A DNA stretch of 64,000 nt from Escherichia coli (GCF_030013205.1 NZ_CP122648.1), one strand, 5' to 3'. Counted from the first letter of the stretch, positions 9,169-20,637 are shown. The notes: generated from the sequence alone by a model not told the origin. A program made the numbers and translations.

Positions 9169-12100
9169 TTACACCTCCACGCGGCCCAGCAGATAATGAT
9201 GATGCTGGTGGACATGGCTAATAATGCGGCACATATCGTTCAGCTCCGGTGGTACGTTATTGAACTGACCTTCGCTGTCGATGTTTAACACCCAGCTTTG
9301 GTTATTCAGACGCACTCGTACCCGGCAATCTTCCACAAGGAAGCCTGGGTTGCTGCTGTTATCAAAGTCTTGCGACAGGCTGAAGACGGTGATTTTGTCT
9401 TTGTATGGTTTACCGTTCCACGGACAGAACTGAGCGCAGTTGCCGCATTCGTTACAGTAAGCGTCGAGGTGCAGCGTCTGGAATCTATTCTGGAAGCCTG
9501 GGACCGCAATGGAGACGTTGGCGCGGTTCGGGCAGACATCCACACACTTGCTGCAAACGTAGTTACATTCAAGGCAGCGAGCAGCTTCCTGCGCGACAAA
9601 CGCATCACGATCGTCACTGTCTACCTGGGTGATAGAGATATCGCCTTTACGTTGATAGATTTCCGCCGGATTGACGTTGTTCCAGTATTTATCGTTCTGG
9701 TGGGAACGGATATTTTCCCGACTAAGGATGGCATCGGTCGCCCGACGCGCGGTTCCGATAGCAGCGACAATGGAGGATGGTCCGCGCTGTACGTCGCCGA
9801 TCATAAAGACGTCTGTCAGACGAGTTTCGCCATTATGGTCGACGTCTGGCCAGCCGTTTTTGTCCAGCGGTACGCCCATCGCATTCAGGGCTTCAGTATC
9901 CTGCTGTTCACCAATGGCGGTGATCAGGCTGTCTACATGCAGTGTTACTGTTTCGTTGGTTTCAACCGGACGGCGACGACCTTTCTCATCAGGTTCGCCA
10001 AGCGACATAACGCGCAAGGTTAAGGTGCCATCAGCATCGAAACGTTCCGGATTATTCAGGAAACGGAACTCCACGCCGTCGTGCAACGCTTCTTCATACT
10101 CTTCGCGCCATGCTGGCATCTCTTGCAGTGAACGACGGTAAACGACCGTTGCTTTTTCTACGCCTGGAACGCGTAACGCCGCACGAGCGCAGTCCATTGC
10201 CGTGTTACCCGCCCCGACAACGACCACATGTTTGCCCAGCTTGAGCGCTGTGCCCTTGTTGTATTCACGCAGGAAGGGGAGTGATTTCCAGACATTTTGG
10301 TTGTCGCCCGCCAGTTTCACACCGCTATTTTTATCAGTGCCGGTGGCAATCAGAACATAGTGGAAGCCCTGATTTTTTAACTGTTCAACGGTCAGATCGG
10401 GTGAGCAGCCATACTCAAATTTCACGCCGTGAGCGGCAACAAAATCAATATCGTGCTGAATTAACTCTGCAGGAATACGGAACTGAGGAATGATATTTTT
10501 CACCACGCCGCCCGCATTGGCTTCGCGTTCAAACAGCGTAACCGGATGGCCCGCTCTGGCAAGGAAGTAACCTGCTGCCAGACCCGCCGGACCTGCACCA
10601 ATCACGGCAACCGGATGGCGTGAACCAGAACCGGCTGGTTTGTGCCAGCGTTGCTTATATTCATCCCAACCTTTTTCCAGCGCGACTTTTTTCAGTTCGC
10701 GGATATTCAGCGCACTGTCGTAATCCAGGCGGGTACAGTTGTATTGGCACTGGTGATCGCAAATATGACCGGTAATGGCGGGCAGGGCGTTGCGTTGGTA
10801 GATGAGTTCCAGTGCGTCGGCATAGCGGTGTTCGCCAAGCAGACGGATGTATTCCGGAATATCCTGTTTAATGGCGCAAGCAGTAACGCACGGTGCAACG
10901 TAGCAGTCGGTCAGCGGCAGGTCTTCTGCCACTTCAATACGCTCTTCTGGCTTCCAGTGTTTCTGAGTGTATTCCATGGTTAACGCGTCTGCTGCCAGTT
11001 TGTTCAGGCGTTCGACGTCAACATGGTCAAGCCCCCAGGCGTCGGAGCCTTCCAGCTCGCGCATGCAGGCACTTAAGCGCAGATAGCCGCCAGGTTTCAG
11101 CAGGTCGGTTGCCATAGTGATAGGGCGAATACCAGTATCAAAAATATCGCGGATAGTCAGCTGACTGGCACCACCGGAATAAGAAATGGGCAGTTTGCCG
11201 TCAAAGGCGCGAGAGAGAACTGCTGCAACATTGATGGAGAGCGGGAACAGCGCACGGCCTGACATATACATCTCTTCACCAGGCAGTGCGCCTTTATTGT
11301 TGATGGTGCCGAGAGTGTTAGTCAGTTTTACGCCAAAGCCGAGTGATTTTTCTTTTGCCAGTACCATCAGGCGTTCCAGCATTTCCAGCGCTTGCGTCAG
11401 CTTGAGGTCGTGATCAAATGACTCTTCTTTTAAGCCTATGTAACCGAAACCGCAGACATCGAGGATCTCACGAACACGCGCGTACCCCAGTAAGGTCGGG
11501 TTGAGTTTCACAAAGGTATTGAGCCCTTTTTCTTCCAGCATGTAGCGGCAAATGGCTTCGATTTCATGCGGAGGACAGCCGTGCATGGTGGAGAGGGTGA
11601 CGCCCTGCACCATACTGGTGGGGATGCGAGCGGGTAAGGCTTGCAAGCTTTCGCGTTTTTCCTGCAATCCGTGGCGGGCTAAAAATGCGTCATCCTGGAG
11701 TAATTTATTCAGCGTATCGCGATATTGCGCGAATTTCGGATGGTCAGATGCGTCCATCATATTGTCGATGAACTGTTGCATCGGTGGTTGCTTAATACCT
11801 TCGAGGTTATAACCGACGCTCATATTAAAGATGAACGATTTACCGGAATCAGAAGGCTGGAACATCGCTTCGAGAAGGTGCAGGGCAAACCAGGCTTTGA
11901 GGTATTCATCCCAGGCTTTAAGCAGGGTAAATTCGGTAGACCATTCGGTGTTAAAGCACTCGTCTTCGGCATCGATACAGGGCTTTTCCAGCTCCAGGCG
12001 GTCAAGAATTTGGACGGTTTTTAGTTCGATGAAGCGCCCGCCAGTCAGCCAGGAAGTGACAATATTTTGCGCGAGCTGCGTGTGCGGGCCAGCGGCAGGG

Positions 12101-12267
12101 CCGACGGGAGTGGCACAGGTTTCACCGAAGACGCTAACAGTTTTACCTTTTACGGGTGAGTAAAACTGTTGCTCGGGAATACCAAAGATTGAGCGTTGTT
12201 GTTGGTATTCATCAAATATGCGCGTCAAAAGTTCCTCAAACGGAATGGGACGCATAATATCCCCCAT
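9169..12267 (-). CDS. ygfK: large Fe-S/FAD oxidoreductase (putative selenate reductase / glutamate synthase-like subunit)
   Basis: 1032-aa ORF; 4Fe-4S cysteine clusters (CxxCxxCxxxCP) and a Rossmann GxGxxG motif (VIGAGPAGLAAG). Confidence 0.88.
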   Translation of the reverse strand: MGDIMRPIPFEELLTRIFDEYQQQRSIFGIPEQQFYSPVKGKTVSVFGETCATPVGPAAGPHTQLAQNIVTSWLTGGRFIELKTVQILDRLELEKPCIDAEDECFNTEWSTEFTLLKAWDEYLKAWFALHLLEAMFQPSDSGKSFIFNMSVGYNLEGIKQPPMQQFIDNMMDASDHPKFAQYRDTLNKLLQDDAFLARHGLQEKRESLQALPARIPTSMVQGVTLSTMHGCPPHEIEAICRYMLEEKGLNTFVKLNPTLLGYARVREILDVCGFGYIGLKEESFDHDLKLTQALEMLERLMVLAKEKSLGFGVKLTNTLGTINNKGALPGEEMYMSGRALFPLSINVAAVLSRAFDGKLPISYSGGASQLTIRDIFDTGIRPITMATDLLKPGGYLRLSACMRELEGSDAWGLDHVDVERLNKLAADALTMEYTQKHWKPEERIEVAEDLPLTDCYVAPCVTACAIKQDIPEYIRLLGEHRYADALELIYQRNALPAITGHICDHQCQYNCTRLDYDSALNIRELKKVALEKGWDEYKQRWHKPAGSGSRHPVAVIGAGPAGLAAGYFLARAGHPVTLFEREANAGGVVKNIIPQFRIPAELIQHDIDFVAAHGVKFEYGCSPDLTVEQLKNQGFHYVLIATGTDKNSGVKLAGDNQNVWKSLPFLREYNKGTALKLGKHVVVVGAGNTAMDCARAALRVPGVEKATVVYRRSLQEMPAWREEYEEALHDGVEFRFLNNPERFDADGTLTLRVMSLGEPDEKGRRRPVETNETVTLHVDSLITAIGEQQDTEALNAMGVPLDKNGWPDVDHNGETRLTDVFMIGDVQRGPSSIVAAIGTARRATDAILSRENIRSHQNDKYWNNVNPAEIYQRKGDISITQVDSDDRDAFVAQEAARCLECNYVCSKCVDVCPNRANVSIAVPGFQNRFQTLHLDAYCNECGNCAQFCPWNGKPYKDKITVFSLSQDFDNSSNPGFLVEDCRVRVRLNNQSWVLNIDSEGQFNNVPPELNDMCRIISHVHQHHHYLLGRVEV

Positions 12268-12588
12268 AACCCTCTCCTTAGCTTATACAGATATCATTGA
12301 GTGACCGGTGTTGAGAAATCCGGTGGTTTAGGGGGATAGAGCAACAATCGCACCACTCTTGCCAGGTTTGGCGGGAAATATAAAAAAATGTGAGGCGGCT
12401 CGAAACTTAAGGGCTTTTTGTGAATGAACTCACAGGTGCCAAATGAGAATTAAAATCACTCCTGAAAATTATTATTGCCAGCCCATTTATCACTTTTTCT
12501 CTTTTCTCAAAATCAGTGATTCCTTATCATTATGATAAAGAGTGCCGGAAGGATTAAATATTTGAACGCAATCGTTTAACTACGTTTT

Positions 12589-13167
12589 CTAAATTTCAGT
12601 ATACCTTTTCTTCGCTGTAATAAAGTCGTCAGGAGTATCAATATCTAAAATTATTTCTGCATTTTCTATTTCGACGGAATAATGATCTCCCATAAGGAGT
12701 GCCTGACGCATATTGGTGATATTGGGACGCTGGATTGCCTGCATCAGGCATGGCTTTGACACTAAAATCGGATGGCCGGGAATGCCATTATGGAGTGGCA
12801 GTATTGCGCCATCATTTCGTAACGACCAGATTTTTCTAAAAATCTCGATGGTGAGGGTAGGCATGTCACCGTGGGTGAGAAAACAATATTCTGTTTTTAC
12901 CGCGGGTACTGCGGCCTTTACTGATGTGAGTAAACCCTGCGCATAATCTGGGTTGTGAATAATAGTGATATTGCTCTGGTTCGCATAACGTTCGTGCAGT
13001 TCATTACCACGATAGCCGGTGACTAAAATAATTCGGCTACAAAACTGCAACGCATTTTTGATACTTGTATCAAGAATTGTTCCCTGTTGCCAGGGTAACA
13101 TCATTTTCCATTGCCCCATTCTTGATGATAATCCGGCAGCGGTAATTATACAGTCGATGGCTGACAT
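12589..13167 (-). CDS. mocA: molybdenum cofactor cytidylyltransferase (MobA-like nucleotidyltransferase)
   Basis: 192-aa ORF; N-terminal ITAAGLSSRMG nucleotidyltransferase motif; the ygfJ position in this cluster. Confidence 0.85.
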   Translation of the reverse strand: MSAIDCIITAAGLSSRMGQWKMMLPWQQGTILDTSIKNALQFCSRIILVTGYRGNELHERYANQSNITIIHNPDYAQGLLTSVKAAVPAVKTEYCFLTHGDMPTLTIEIFRKIWSLRNDGAILPLHNGIPGHPILVSKPCLMQAIQRPNITNMRQALLMGDHYSVEIENAEIILDIDTPDDFITAKKRYTEI

Positions 13168-13269
13168 AGTGGTTCCATTATTTATAGGGGCTAATAACGC
13201 CTGATAATTGCGTTACTTCCTGATGGATTAAGTTGGGGATAATTTATCCCAGAGAGGTCATAAAGACTC

Positions 13270-14040
13270 GTGAAAAGTATAGTTGACCCATCGGCATTAT
13301 TCATTGATTTAGGCGCGCAGAAACGTCCCACTGTGATTTCTGTTGTTGGGGCTGGGGGGAAAACCAGCTTGCTTTTTTGGCTGGCAGAACTGCTCCAGGC
13401 TAGCGGCAGGCGTGTGTTAATCACTACGACGACACATATGTTTATGCCAACGTCTCACTGGCCCGTGGTTTTCTGTCGTGATCCCGCCATGCTTCCTCAT
13501 GCGTCTCTTACATCCCCCATTTCATTTTGTTTTCACAGCTGGAAAGCGAACCAGGGAAAGGTGCAGGGATTTACGCCAGAAGCGATTGATGCACTGGTGC
13601 AACGACCAGAGTGTGACGTAATTCTCATTGAGGCAGATGGCTCGCGTGGAATGCCGTTAAAAGCGCCTGATGAGCACGAACCTTGCATACCTAAAAGCAG
13701 TTGCTGCGTGATTGCTGTGATGGGAGGACATATTTTGGGTGCAAAAGTGAGCACAGAAAATGTCCATCGCTGGTCGCAGTTTGCTGATATTACTGGGTTA
13801 ACACCTGATGCACCCTTGCAACTGAGCGATCTCGTTGCGCTGGTTCGCCACCCTCAGGGCGCGTTTAAAAACGTACCGCAAGGTTGTCGGCGAGTCTGGT
13901 TCATTAACCGTTTTTCTCAATGTGAGAATGCGATTGCGCAAAGCGAGCTCCTTCAACCGCTGCAACAACACAACGTAGAGGCAATCTGGCTGGGCGATAT
14001 ACAAGAACATCCTGCAATCGCGCGCAGATTTGTGAATTAG
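13270..14040 (+). CDS. yqeC: selenium-dependent molybdenum hydroxylase accessory protein YqeC
   Basis: 256-aa ORF with a P-loop-like VVGAGGKTS motif; conserved neighbour of yqeB. Confidence 0.85.
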   Translation: MKSIVDPSALFIDLGAQKRPTVISVVGAGGKTSLLFWLAELLQASGRRVLITTTTHMFMPTSHWPVVFCRDPAMLPHASLTSPISFCFHSWKANQGKVQGFTPEAIDALVQRPECDVILIEADGSRGMPLKAPDEHEPCIPKSSCCVIAVMGGHILGAKVSTENVHRWSQFADITGLTPDAPLQLSDLVALVRHPQGAFKNVPQGCRRVWFINRFSQCENAIAQSELLQPLQQHNVEAIWLGDIQEHPAIARRFVN

Positions 14041-14087
14041 CGGCCCGGGTATTCCGGGTTACTGAAAGGATATCCATTGAGGTTGGT

Positions 14088-15713
14088 ATGAATATTTTCA
14101 CAGAGGCTGCAAAACTCGAAGAGCAAAATTGTCCGTTTGCGATGGCGCAAATTGTTGATAGCCGAGGCTCGACTCCCCGCCATTCTGCACAAATGTTAGT
14201 GCGCGCCGATGGCTCTATCGTCGGTACAATTGGTGGCGGAATGGTTGAGCGGAAGGTGATTGAAGAGTCGCTTCAGGCATTGCAGGAACGTAAGCCGCGA
14301 TTATTCCATGGACGTATGGCTCGTAACGGTGCGGATGCTGTCGGGTCAGATTGTGGAGGTGCAATGTCAGTATTTATCAGCGTCCATGGTATGCGTCCAC
14401 GTCTGGTGTTGATTGGCGCGGGGCATGTCAACCGGGCGATAGCCCAGAGTGCGGCGCTATTAGGATTTGATATTGCCGTTGCTGATATTTATCGCGAAAG
14501 CCTCAATCCTGAACTATTCCCACCATCAACCACGCTTCTCCATGCTGAGTCGTTTGGTGCGGCAGTGGAAGCACTGGATATTCGCCCTGATAATTTTGTC
14601 CTGATTGCCACGAATAATCAGGATCGTGAAGCCCTCGACAAACTCATTGAACAGCCCATTGCATGGTTGGGGTTGCTGGCAAGTCGTCGCAAGGTTCAGC
14701 TTTTCCTGCGTCAATTGCGTGAGAAAGGCGTGGCTGAAGAACATATTGCCCGTTTACATGCGCCTGTTGGTTACAACATAGGTGCGGAAACGCCGCAGGA
14801 GATCGCCATCAGCGTGCTGGCAGAAATATTACAGGTGAAAAATAACGCGCCGGGTGGGCTGATGATGAAACCTTCTCATCCTTCCGGACACCAGCTGGTG
14901 GTGATTCGCGGTGCGGGGGATATCGCCAGTGGTGTGGCGCTACGTCTGTATCATGCGGGTTTTAAAGTGATCATGCTGGAAGTGGAAAAACCGACAGTGA
15001 TTCGTTGTACCGTGGCGTTTGCCCAGGCCGTGTTCGATGGCGAAATGACGGTCGAAGGCGTCACTGCCCGCCTGGCAACCAGCTCTGCGGAAGCGATGAA
15101 ACTTACCGAACGCGGATTCATCCCTGTGATGGTAGATCCCGCCTGTTCATTGCTTGATGAACTGAAACCGCTTTGCGTGGTGGACGCTATTCTGGCGAAA
15201 CAGAATTTGGGGACGCGGGCAGATATGGCACCAGTAACAATCGCGCTTGGGCCGGGCTTTATTGCAGGGAAGGATTGTCATGCGGTAATTGAAACAAATC
15301 GCGGGCACTGGCTCGGTCAGGTGATTTACTCTGGTTGTGCGCAGGAGAATACCGGTGTTCCTGGCAATATTATGGGGCATACCACCCGACGGGTGATCCG
15401 TGCTCCTGCTGCAGGCATTATGCGATCCAACGTGAAATTAGGCGATCTGGTGAAAGAGGGCGATGTGATTGCCTGGATTGGTGAGCATGAAATTAAAGCA
15501 CCGTTGACGGGGATGGTGCGTGGCTTGTTGAACGACGGACTAGCAGTGGTCGGTGGTTTTAAAATTGGTGATATCGATCCTCGTGGTGAAACGGCTGATT
15601 TCACCAGCGTTTCTGATAAAGCCCGGGCAATTGGCGGCGGCGTACTTGAGGCGTTAATGATGTTGATGCATCAGGGCGTGAAAGCGACAAAAGAAGTGCT
15701 GGAAGTGGCTTAA
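14088..15713 (+). CDS. yqeB: XdhC/CoxI-family selenium-dependent molybdenum hydroxylase accessory protein YqeB
   Basis: 541-aa ORF; XdhC-like N-terminal and Rossmann-like domains. Confidence 0.85.
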   Translation: MNIFTEAAKLEEQNCPFAMAQIVDSRGSTPRHSAQMLVRADGSIVGTIGGGMVERKVIEESLQALQERKPRLFHGRMARNGADAVGSDCGGAMSVFISVHGMRPRLVLIGAGHVNRAIAQSAALLGFDIAVADIYRESLNPELFPPSTTLLHAESFGAAVEALDIRPDNFVLIATNNQDREALDKLIEQPIAWLGLLASRRKVQLFLRQLREKGVAEEHIARLHAPVGYNIGAETPQEIAISVLAEILQVKNNAPGGLMMKPSHPSGHQLVVIRGAGDIASGVALRLYHAGFKVIMLEVEKPTVIRCTVAFAQAVFDGEMTVEGVTARLATSSAEAMKLTERGFIPVMVDPACSLLDELKPLCVVDAILAKQNLGTRADMAPVTIALGPGFIAGKDCHAVIETNRGHWLGQVIYSGCAQENTGVPGNIMGHTTRRVIRAPAAGIMRSNVKLGDLVKEGDVIAWIGEHEIKAPLTGMVRGLLNDGLAVVGGFKIGDIDPRGETADFTSVSDKARAIGGGVLEALMMLMHQGVKATKEVLEVA

Positions 15714-15721
15714 ATGAAAAT

Positions 15722-15755
15722 GGCCGGATGGTATTACCCACCCGGCCTTTTAATT
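15722..15755. terminator. bidirectional hairpin between convergent yqeB and yqeA
   Basis: GGCCGG...CCGGCC inverted repeat (15722-15747) followed by TTTTAATT; lies between the two stop codons. Confidence 0.5.
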
Positions 15756-16686
15756 ACTGACAAATCACCGTTCCGGTTTTGCCTTCAATCCCTTCTTTCG
15801 CTTTGCTCAATACGGTAATCAGTGCTTCACGACCTGCGCGAGAGCGAGCAAACGAGGCGGCAGCTTCCACTTTAGGCAGCATAGAACCTTTCGCAAAATG
15901 ACCTTCTTCGATAAAGCGTTCAGCATCACTTAATGACAGGCGATCGAGCCACTGTTCATTCTCTTTACCGAAGTTAATGGCCACTTTTTCTACCGCAGTC
16001 AGAATGATCAGCATATCGGCATCAATCATTTCTGCTAAACGGGCGCTGGCCCAGTCTTTATCGATAACCGCACTGGCACCACGCAGGTGGTTACCTTCAC
16101 GAATAACAGGGATACCACCACCGCCAACGGTGATCACCACCTGGCCTGCATCTACCAACGCTTTAACCGTTTCTTTTTCAATGATATCAACCGGTTTTGG
16201 CGAGGCAACAACACGGCGATAGCCGCGACCAGCATCTTCTTTCAGGGTGTAACCCTGTTTTGTCAGTTGCTCTGCTTCTTGCTCGGTAAAGAATGAACCG
16301 ATCGGCTTGGTCGGGTTGAGGAATGCCGGGTCGTTAGCATCGACTTCGACCTGGGTAACCAGCGTTGCTACAGGTTTATTAATGCCACGAGAAAGCAGTT
16401 CTTCTCTTAATGCGTTTTGTAGATCGTAACCAATATAACCCTGGCTTAAGGCAACACAGATAGACATCGGCAGCATTGGCGAGTGCGCTTCAGTTTTTGC
16501 GGCAGCTTCAAAGGCCTGGTTAATCATGCCCACCTGTGGCCCGTTACCGTGAGTGACGATGACCTCATGTCCCTGGGCAATTAAATCAACAATTGCCTGA
16601 GAAGTAATTTTTACCGCTTTCATTTGCCCGGCCAGATCGTCGCCCAGCGCATTCCCGCCCAGGGCGAGAACAATTTTCTTACTCAT
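15754..16686 (-). CDS. yqeA: carbamate kinase-like protein
   Basis: 310-aa ORF; amino-acid kinase fold with N-terminal KIVLALGGNAL. Confidence 0.88.
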   Translation of the reverse strand: MSKKIVLALGGNALGDDLAGQMKAVKITSQAIVDLIAQGHEVIVTHGNGPQVGMINQAFEAAAKTEAHSPMLPMSICVALSQGYIGYDLQNALREELLSRGINKPVATLVTQVEVDANDPAFLNPTKPIGSFFTEQEAEQLTKQGYTLKEDAGRGYRRVVASPKPVDIIEKETVKALVDAGQVVITVGGGGIPVIREGNHLRGASAVIDKDWASARLAEMIDADMLIILTAVEKVAINFGKENEQWLDRLSLSDAERFIEEGHFAKGSMLPKVEAAASFARSRAGREALITVLSKAKEGIEGKTGTVICQ

Positions 16687-16733
16687 TTTTCCTCACTCAT
16701 CATTCTTGATTGTGTATAGATCCCTGGCAGTGG

Positions 16734-18119
16734 TTAGAGCACGGGAGGGACAAACGGTTTGCGTCGCAGGAAACGACCTCGCCCGGCTTTGCCTGTAAAG
16801 GTGCCGTCACAGAAAATCGTTTCACCACGGGATAAAGTTCTGACAATCGCGCCCTGACAGGTAAAACCCTCCCATGGCGAATAGTCAGCGTTGTCGTGGA
16901 GATGGCGATGCTGAATTTGTTGGCTCTGACGTGGGTCGATAATCACCACGTCGCCATCGGAACCGGGCGCTAATAATCCTTTTTGCGGCCACAGGCCAAA
17001 CAGCCTGGCGGGCATCGCGCTGGTTAATTCAACAAAACGTTCCGGTGTTATACGTCCCGTCATTACGCCACTGGAAAACAGTAACTGCATGCGGTTTTCC
17101 ACACCGGGTAAGCCATTTGGGCAGCGACTGAAATCGCCTTTAGAAATTTGCAGGCGTTGAGCCATCGAGAACGTGCAGTGATCGGTCGCTACCACGTCAA
17201 TCGCACTATCGCTGATGCCACACCACAGTTTGTCCTGCTCGCGTACGTTACGCAGCGGTGGGCTAAGAATGAACTTCATGCCATCTTCTGTATCGTAACT
17301 GCGTTCGTCCAACAGGAGATATTGTGGGCAGGTTTCAACCCAGACTGGCTGGTGATTCGCACGGGCAAGACGCAGATAATCCAGACCTAAGCCGTTAGAC
17401 AGGTGCACGATATAGAGCGGGGCGTTACCGGCAATTTGTGCCAGGTTAATCATGCGGGCGATGGCTTCCGCTTCGCATTCCAGAGGGCGACTCAAGGCGT
17501 GATAGCGCGGCGCGGTTAACCCTGCGGCGATAAACTCCGCCCGCTTGCTGGCGATAGCTGCATCATTTTCCGGGTGCACGGTGGTCAGCGCGCCGGACTC
17601 ATGCAAGCGGCGTAACGCCTGCAAAACCTCGTCATCGTTGAGTTTGTATTGATAGGTTAAATAGAGTTTAAAACTGCTCAGTCCTTCTTCGACCATCATC
17701 GGGATTTCGTCGAGGATGGCGTGATTAATGTGCTGGATCACACCGTGAAAGCTGTAGTCGATGACCGCCTTATGGGCGGCATAACCACGATAAACCTCCA
17801 GTTGATGGCGTAACCGGCAGCCATTCGGGCCAAATCCCATATGGTCAATAATGGTTGTTGTACCGCCACACGCAGCTGCGCGGGTACCGGTAAAAAAATC
17901 ATCACAACTGCGCGCGATGCCGACATCAATATTGAAATGCGTATGGACATCCACGCCGCCAGGGAAAACGTAACAGCCAGTGGCATCAATTTCTTCATAC
18001 GGGAGCTGCGGCGAAATATTGGTGCCCAACTGGCGAACAATCCCGCTTTCAATCAGCAAATCCTGTTTGGCTTGTCCATCTGCGTTAACGACAGTGCCGT
18101 TTTTGATCAATACGCGCAT
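16734..18119 (-). CDS. hyuA: D-phenylhydantoinase (cyclic amidohydrolase)
   Basis: ORF track 16734..18131; start taken at MRVLIKNGTVV (18119) with a GGAG RBS; dihydropyrimidinase/hydantoinase motifs (GGVDVHTH). Confidence 0.88.
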   Translation of the reverse strand: MRVLIKNGTVVNADGQAKQDLLIESGIVRQLGTNISPQLPYEEIDATGCYVFPGGVDVHTHFNIDVGIARSCDDFFTGTRAAACGGTTTIIDHMGFGPNGCRLRHQLEVYRGYAAHKAVIDYSFHGVIQHINHAILDEIPMMVEEGLSSFKLYLTYQYKLNDDEVLQALRRLHESGALTTVHPENDAAIASKRAEFIAAGLTAPRYHALSRPLECEAEAIARMINLAQIAGNAPLYIVHLSNGLGLDYLRLARANHQPVWVETCPQYLLLDERSYDTEDGMKFILSPPLRNVREQDKLWCGISDSAIDVVATDHCTFSMAQRLQISKGDFSRCPNGLPGVENRMQLLFSSGVMTGRITPERFVELTSAMPARLFGLWPQKGLLAPGSDGDVVIIDPRQSQQIQHRHLHDNADYSPWEGFTCQGAIVRTLSRGETIFCDGTFTGKAGRGRFLRRKPFVPPVL

Positions 18120-18171
18120 AGCAAACTCCAAAAACCCTCCGGCGAACCGGAGGGGAATAAGTGAAGAGTAA

Positions 18172-19383
18172 TTATTCGGTTGCCAGCCAGCTTAACGGGA
18201 TTGCCGCGTACATCGCGGCACAGGTCACCAGGTGAGATTTCCAGGTTTTTTCGTTAGGTGCATGCGCTTCAGGTTCTTTACCTGGGCCAAAGCCGATCAC
18301 CGGAATGCCGTGACGGCCCATAATAGATACGCCGTTAGTTGAGAAGGTCCACTTATCAACAACCGGCGCTTTGCCAAACAGACCTTCGTAGGCATTCACC
18401 AGTGCTTTAACGGTGAAGTGATCTTCTTCCACTTTCCAGGTCGGGAAGTAGCATTCGGTTGGGTAAACCAGGCCAGTCCAGGACGGACGGTCGTAGTTGT
18501 ACATAGAAACAACCGCGTTAGCTTTCTGTACTGCAGGCAGGGCGCGGATTTCGTCCAGCGCGCCTTCCCAGGTTTCGCCCCAGGTCAGACGGCGGTCAAT
18601 AGAGACGGCGCAGCTATCTGCTACAGCGCAACGGCTTGGGGATGTGAAGAAGATTTCAGAAACGGTGAGGGTGCCTTTGCCGAGGAATTCGTCATAACCC
18701 AGACGTTGGGAGAGTTCTTGTAATTCGCCAAGAATCGGACCCATTTTGAAAATGGCGTTGTCACCGCGTTCTGGTGCAGAACCGTGGCAGCTAACACCCT
18801 GAACATCAATACGAATTTCCATACGACCGCGCTGACCACGGTATACCTGGCAGTCGGTTGGTTCGGTACTGACCACAAATTCCGGGCGAATGCCGGATTG
18901 TTCAATAATGTACTGCCAGCACAGGCCGTCGCAGTCTTCTTCCTGCACAGTACCGGTAACCAGCAGGGTATATTCATCTTCCAGACCGAGGTCTTTAATG
19001 ATTTTACCGGCATAAACCATAGATGCCATGCCGCCTTCCTGGTCGGAAGTACCGCGACCACCGATCAGCTCATCAGTTTCCATGCCTTCGTACGGATCGA
19101 AGTCCCAGTTTTTGATGTTGCCAATGCCGACGGTATCGATATGAGCGTCCATTGCCACCAGACGCGGGCCGTGGCCGATATAACCGAGAACGTTGCCCAT
19201 CGGGGCGATTTCAACTTTATCGAAGCCGACTTTTTCCATCTCTTCTTTAATACGATGTACTACGCGTTTTTCGTCGCAGCTTTCACTGGGAATAGCAACC
19301 ATGTCGCGCAGGAAGCGAGTCATGTCCGCCTGGTAATCTTTTGCTTTTTCAAGAATCAGTTTGAATGGAATATTCTTAGCCAT
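18172..19383 (-). CDS. ygeY: M20-family peptidase / amidohydrolase
   Basis: 403-aa ORF; ArgE/DapE-like metal-binding residues. Confidence 0.88.
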   Translation of the reverse strand: MAKNIPFKLILEKAKDYQADMTRFLRDMVAIPSESCDEKRVVHRIKEEMEKVGFDKVEIAPMGNVLGYIGHGPRLVAMDAHIDTVGIGNIKNWDFDPYEGMETDELIGGRGTSDQEGGMASMVYAGKIIKDLGLEDEYTLLVTGTVQEEDCDGLCWQYIIEQSGIRPEFVVSTEPTDCQVYRGQRGRMEIRIDVQGVSCHGSAPERGDNAIFKMGPILGELQELSQRLGYDEFLGKGTLTVSEIFFTSPSRCAVADSCAVSIDRRLTWGETWEGALDEIRALPAVQKANAVVSMYNYDRPSWTGLVYPTECYFPTWKVEEDHFTVKALVNAYEGLFGKAPVVDKWTFSTNGVSIMGRHGIPVIGFGPGKEPEAHAPNEKTWKSHLVTCAAMYAAIPLSWLATE

Positions 19384-19440
19384 TATTTTTCTCCAGATTT
19401 TTTACTCCCCGTTTTGCAGGGAGCAGTTCCAATAGGGTGA

Positions 19441-20637
19441 TTAAGGTGCTACAGCGTGTTTGCCTTCCCAGACAACTTCGCGGTAGTGCTTCACGTCGGT
19501 GTCGCCTTCAGTGCTGATAACCAGCACTACGGCATCTTTGTTCAGCGCCAGTTTTTCCATCAGGCTTTGACGTTGCGGGTGATAATGAACCGCTGCGAGA
19601 ACGCCCAAACCGACAGCGCCGGATTCACCGGAGATGATGCGCGGGTCATTGCCGTACGGATTACCCAGCACACGCATACCTAATGCGGCAACGCTGTCCT
19701 GGCAGGAGATGAATTGGGTGGCGCAGTTACGTAGGATTTCCCAGCCCAGCGGGTTAGGTTCGCCGCAGGCCAGGCCCGCCATGATGGTGGCCATATCACC
19801 GCCAACGTTGACGATGTCGCCTTTGACGCCGGAGCGATAAATACAGTCAGCTTTGTCAGGTTCAACAATAATGCTGTGCAGATTTTGCGGGCTGTAGACG
19901 TCGACCAGATAACCCAGCACACCACCGGCCATTGCACCGACACCGGCTTGCAGCAGAACGTGCGTCGGGGTTACGCCCATTTCACGCATTTGCTCGACGG
20001 CTTCATCTGCCAGTGTTGCGTAGCCTTGCATGATCCAGGTTGGGATTTTGGTGTAACCTTCCCAGGCGGTATCTTGCACCACTTCCCAGCCGTGCTGCTG
20101 CGCGTGTTGCATGGTCAGGCGAACGGTATCGTCATAGTTCATATCCGTGACGATGCACTCGGCACCGAGGTTCAGAATGGCGTCAACGCGTTCCTGAGCA
20201 GAACCTTTCGGCATGTAAATCACCGCATTCTGTCCGAGTTGCTGTGCTGCCCACGCCACACCGCGCCCGTGGTTGCCGTCGGTGGTGGTCGCGAAAGTCA
20301 TTTTTTCGCCGATGGCATTTTTCAGGTGCTCAAATGACAGCGTTTCGATATCAAGATGATATTTTTCACACAATAATTGAGCGATGGCGTACGCACCGCC
20401 GAGCATTTTGAAGGCGTTCAGACCGAATCGTTTTGATTCGTCTTTGACGAGAATTTTCTTCACACCAAAAAGGTTTGCGAGATCGTCCAGCGCACAAAGC
20501 GGTGTTGGGCGATAACCAGCTATTTTCTGGTGGAACTGGCGCGCCAGTTTGGCCTGGCTTTGCGAAAAGAGCGGTGATGTTTCGCCGTTGAAAAATTTGT
20601 TATCGGCGATATCAATCTTCAATGAGAAAACGGACAT
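19441..20637 (-). CDS. dpaL: 2,3-diaminopropionate ammonia-lyase (PLP-dependent)
   Basis: 398-aa ORF; PLP fold-type II lysine region (KDESKRFGLNAFKMLG); the ygeX position. Confidence 0.88.
   Translation of the reverse strand: MSVFSLKIDIADNKFFNGETSPLFSQSQAKLARQFHQKIAGYRPTPLCALDDLANLFGVKKILVKDESKRFGLNAFKMLGGAYAIAQLLCEKYHLDIETLSFEHLKNAIGEKMTFATTTDGNHGRGVAWAAQQLGQNAVIYMPKGSAQERVDAILNLGAECIVTDMNYDDTVRLTMQHAQQHGWEVVQDTAWEGYTKIPTWIMQGYATLADEAVEQMREMGVTPTHVLLQAGVGAMAGGVLGYLVDVYSPQNLHSIIVEPDKADCIYRSGVKGDIVNVGGDMATIMAGLACGEPNPLGWEILRNCATQFISCQDSVAALGMRVLGNPYGNDPRIISGESGAVGLGVLAAVHYHPQRQSLMEKLALNKDAVVLVISTEGDTDVKHYREVVWEGKHAVAP

Noticed and set aside
9298-12163. Multiple 60-240-aa plus-strand ORFs inside ygfK
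   Set aside because: Antisense or alternative-frame ORFs within a well-supported 1032-aa gene; no independent start signals.
12268-12588. Sigma54 promoter upstream of ygfK (TGGCAC at the complement of about 12440)
   Set aside because: The -12 element is absent at the required spacing (AGTTC instead of TTGC). Not supported.
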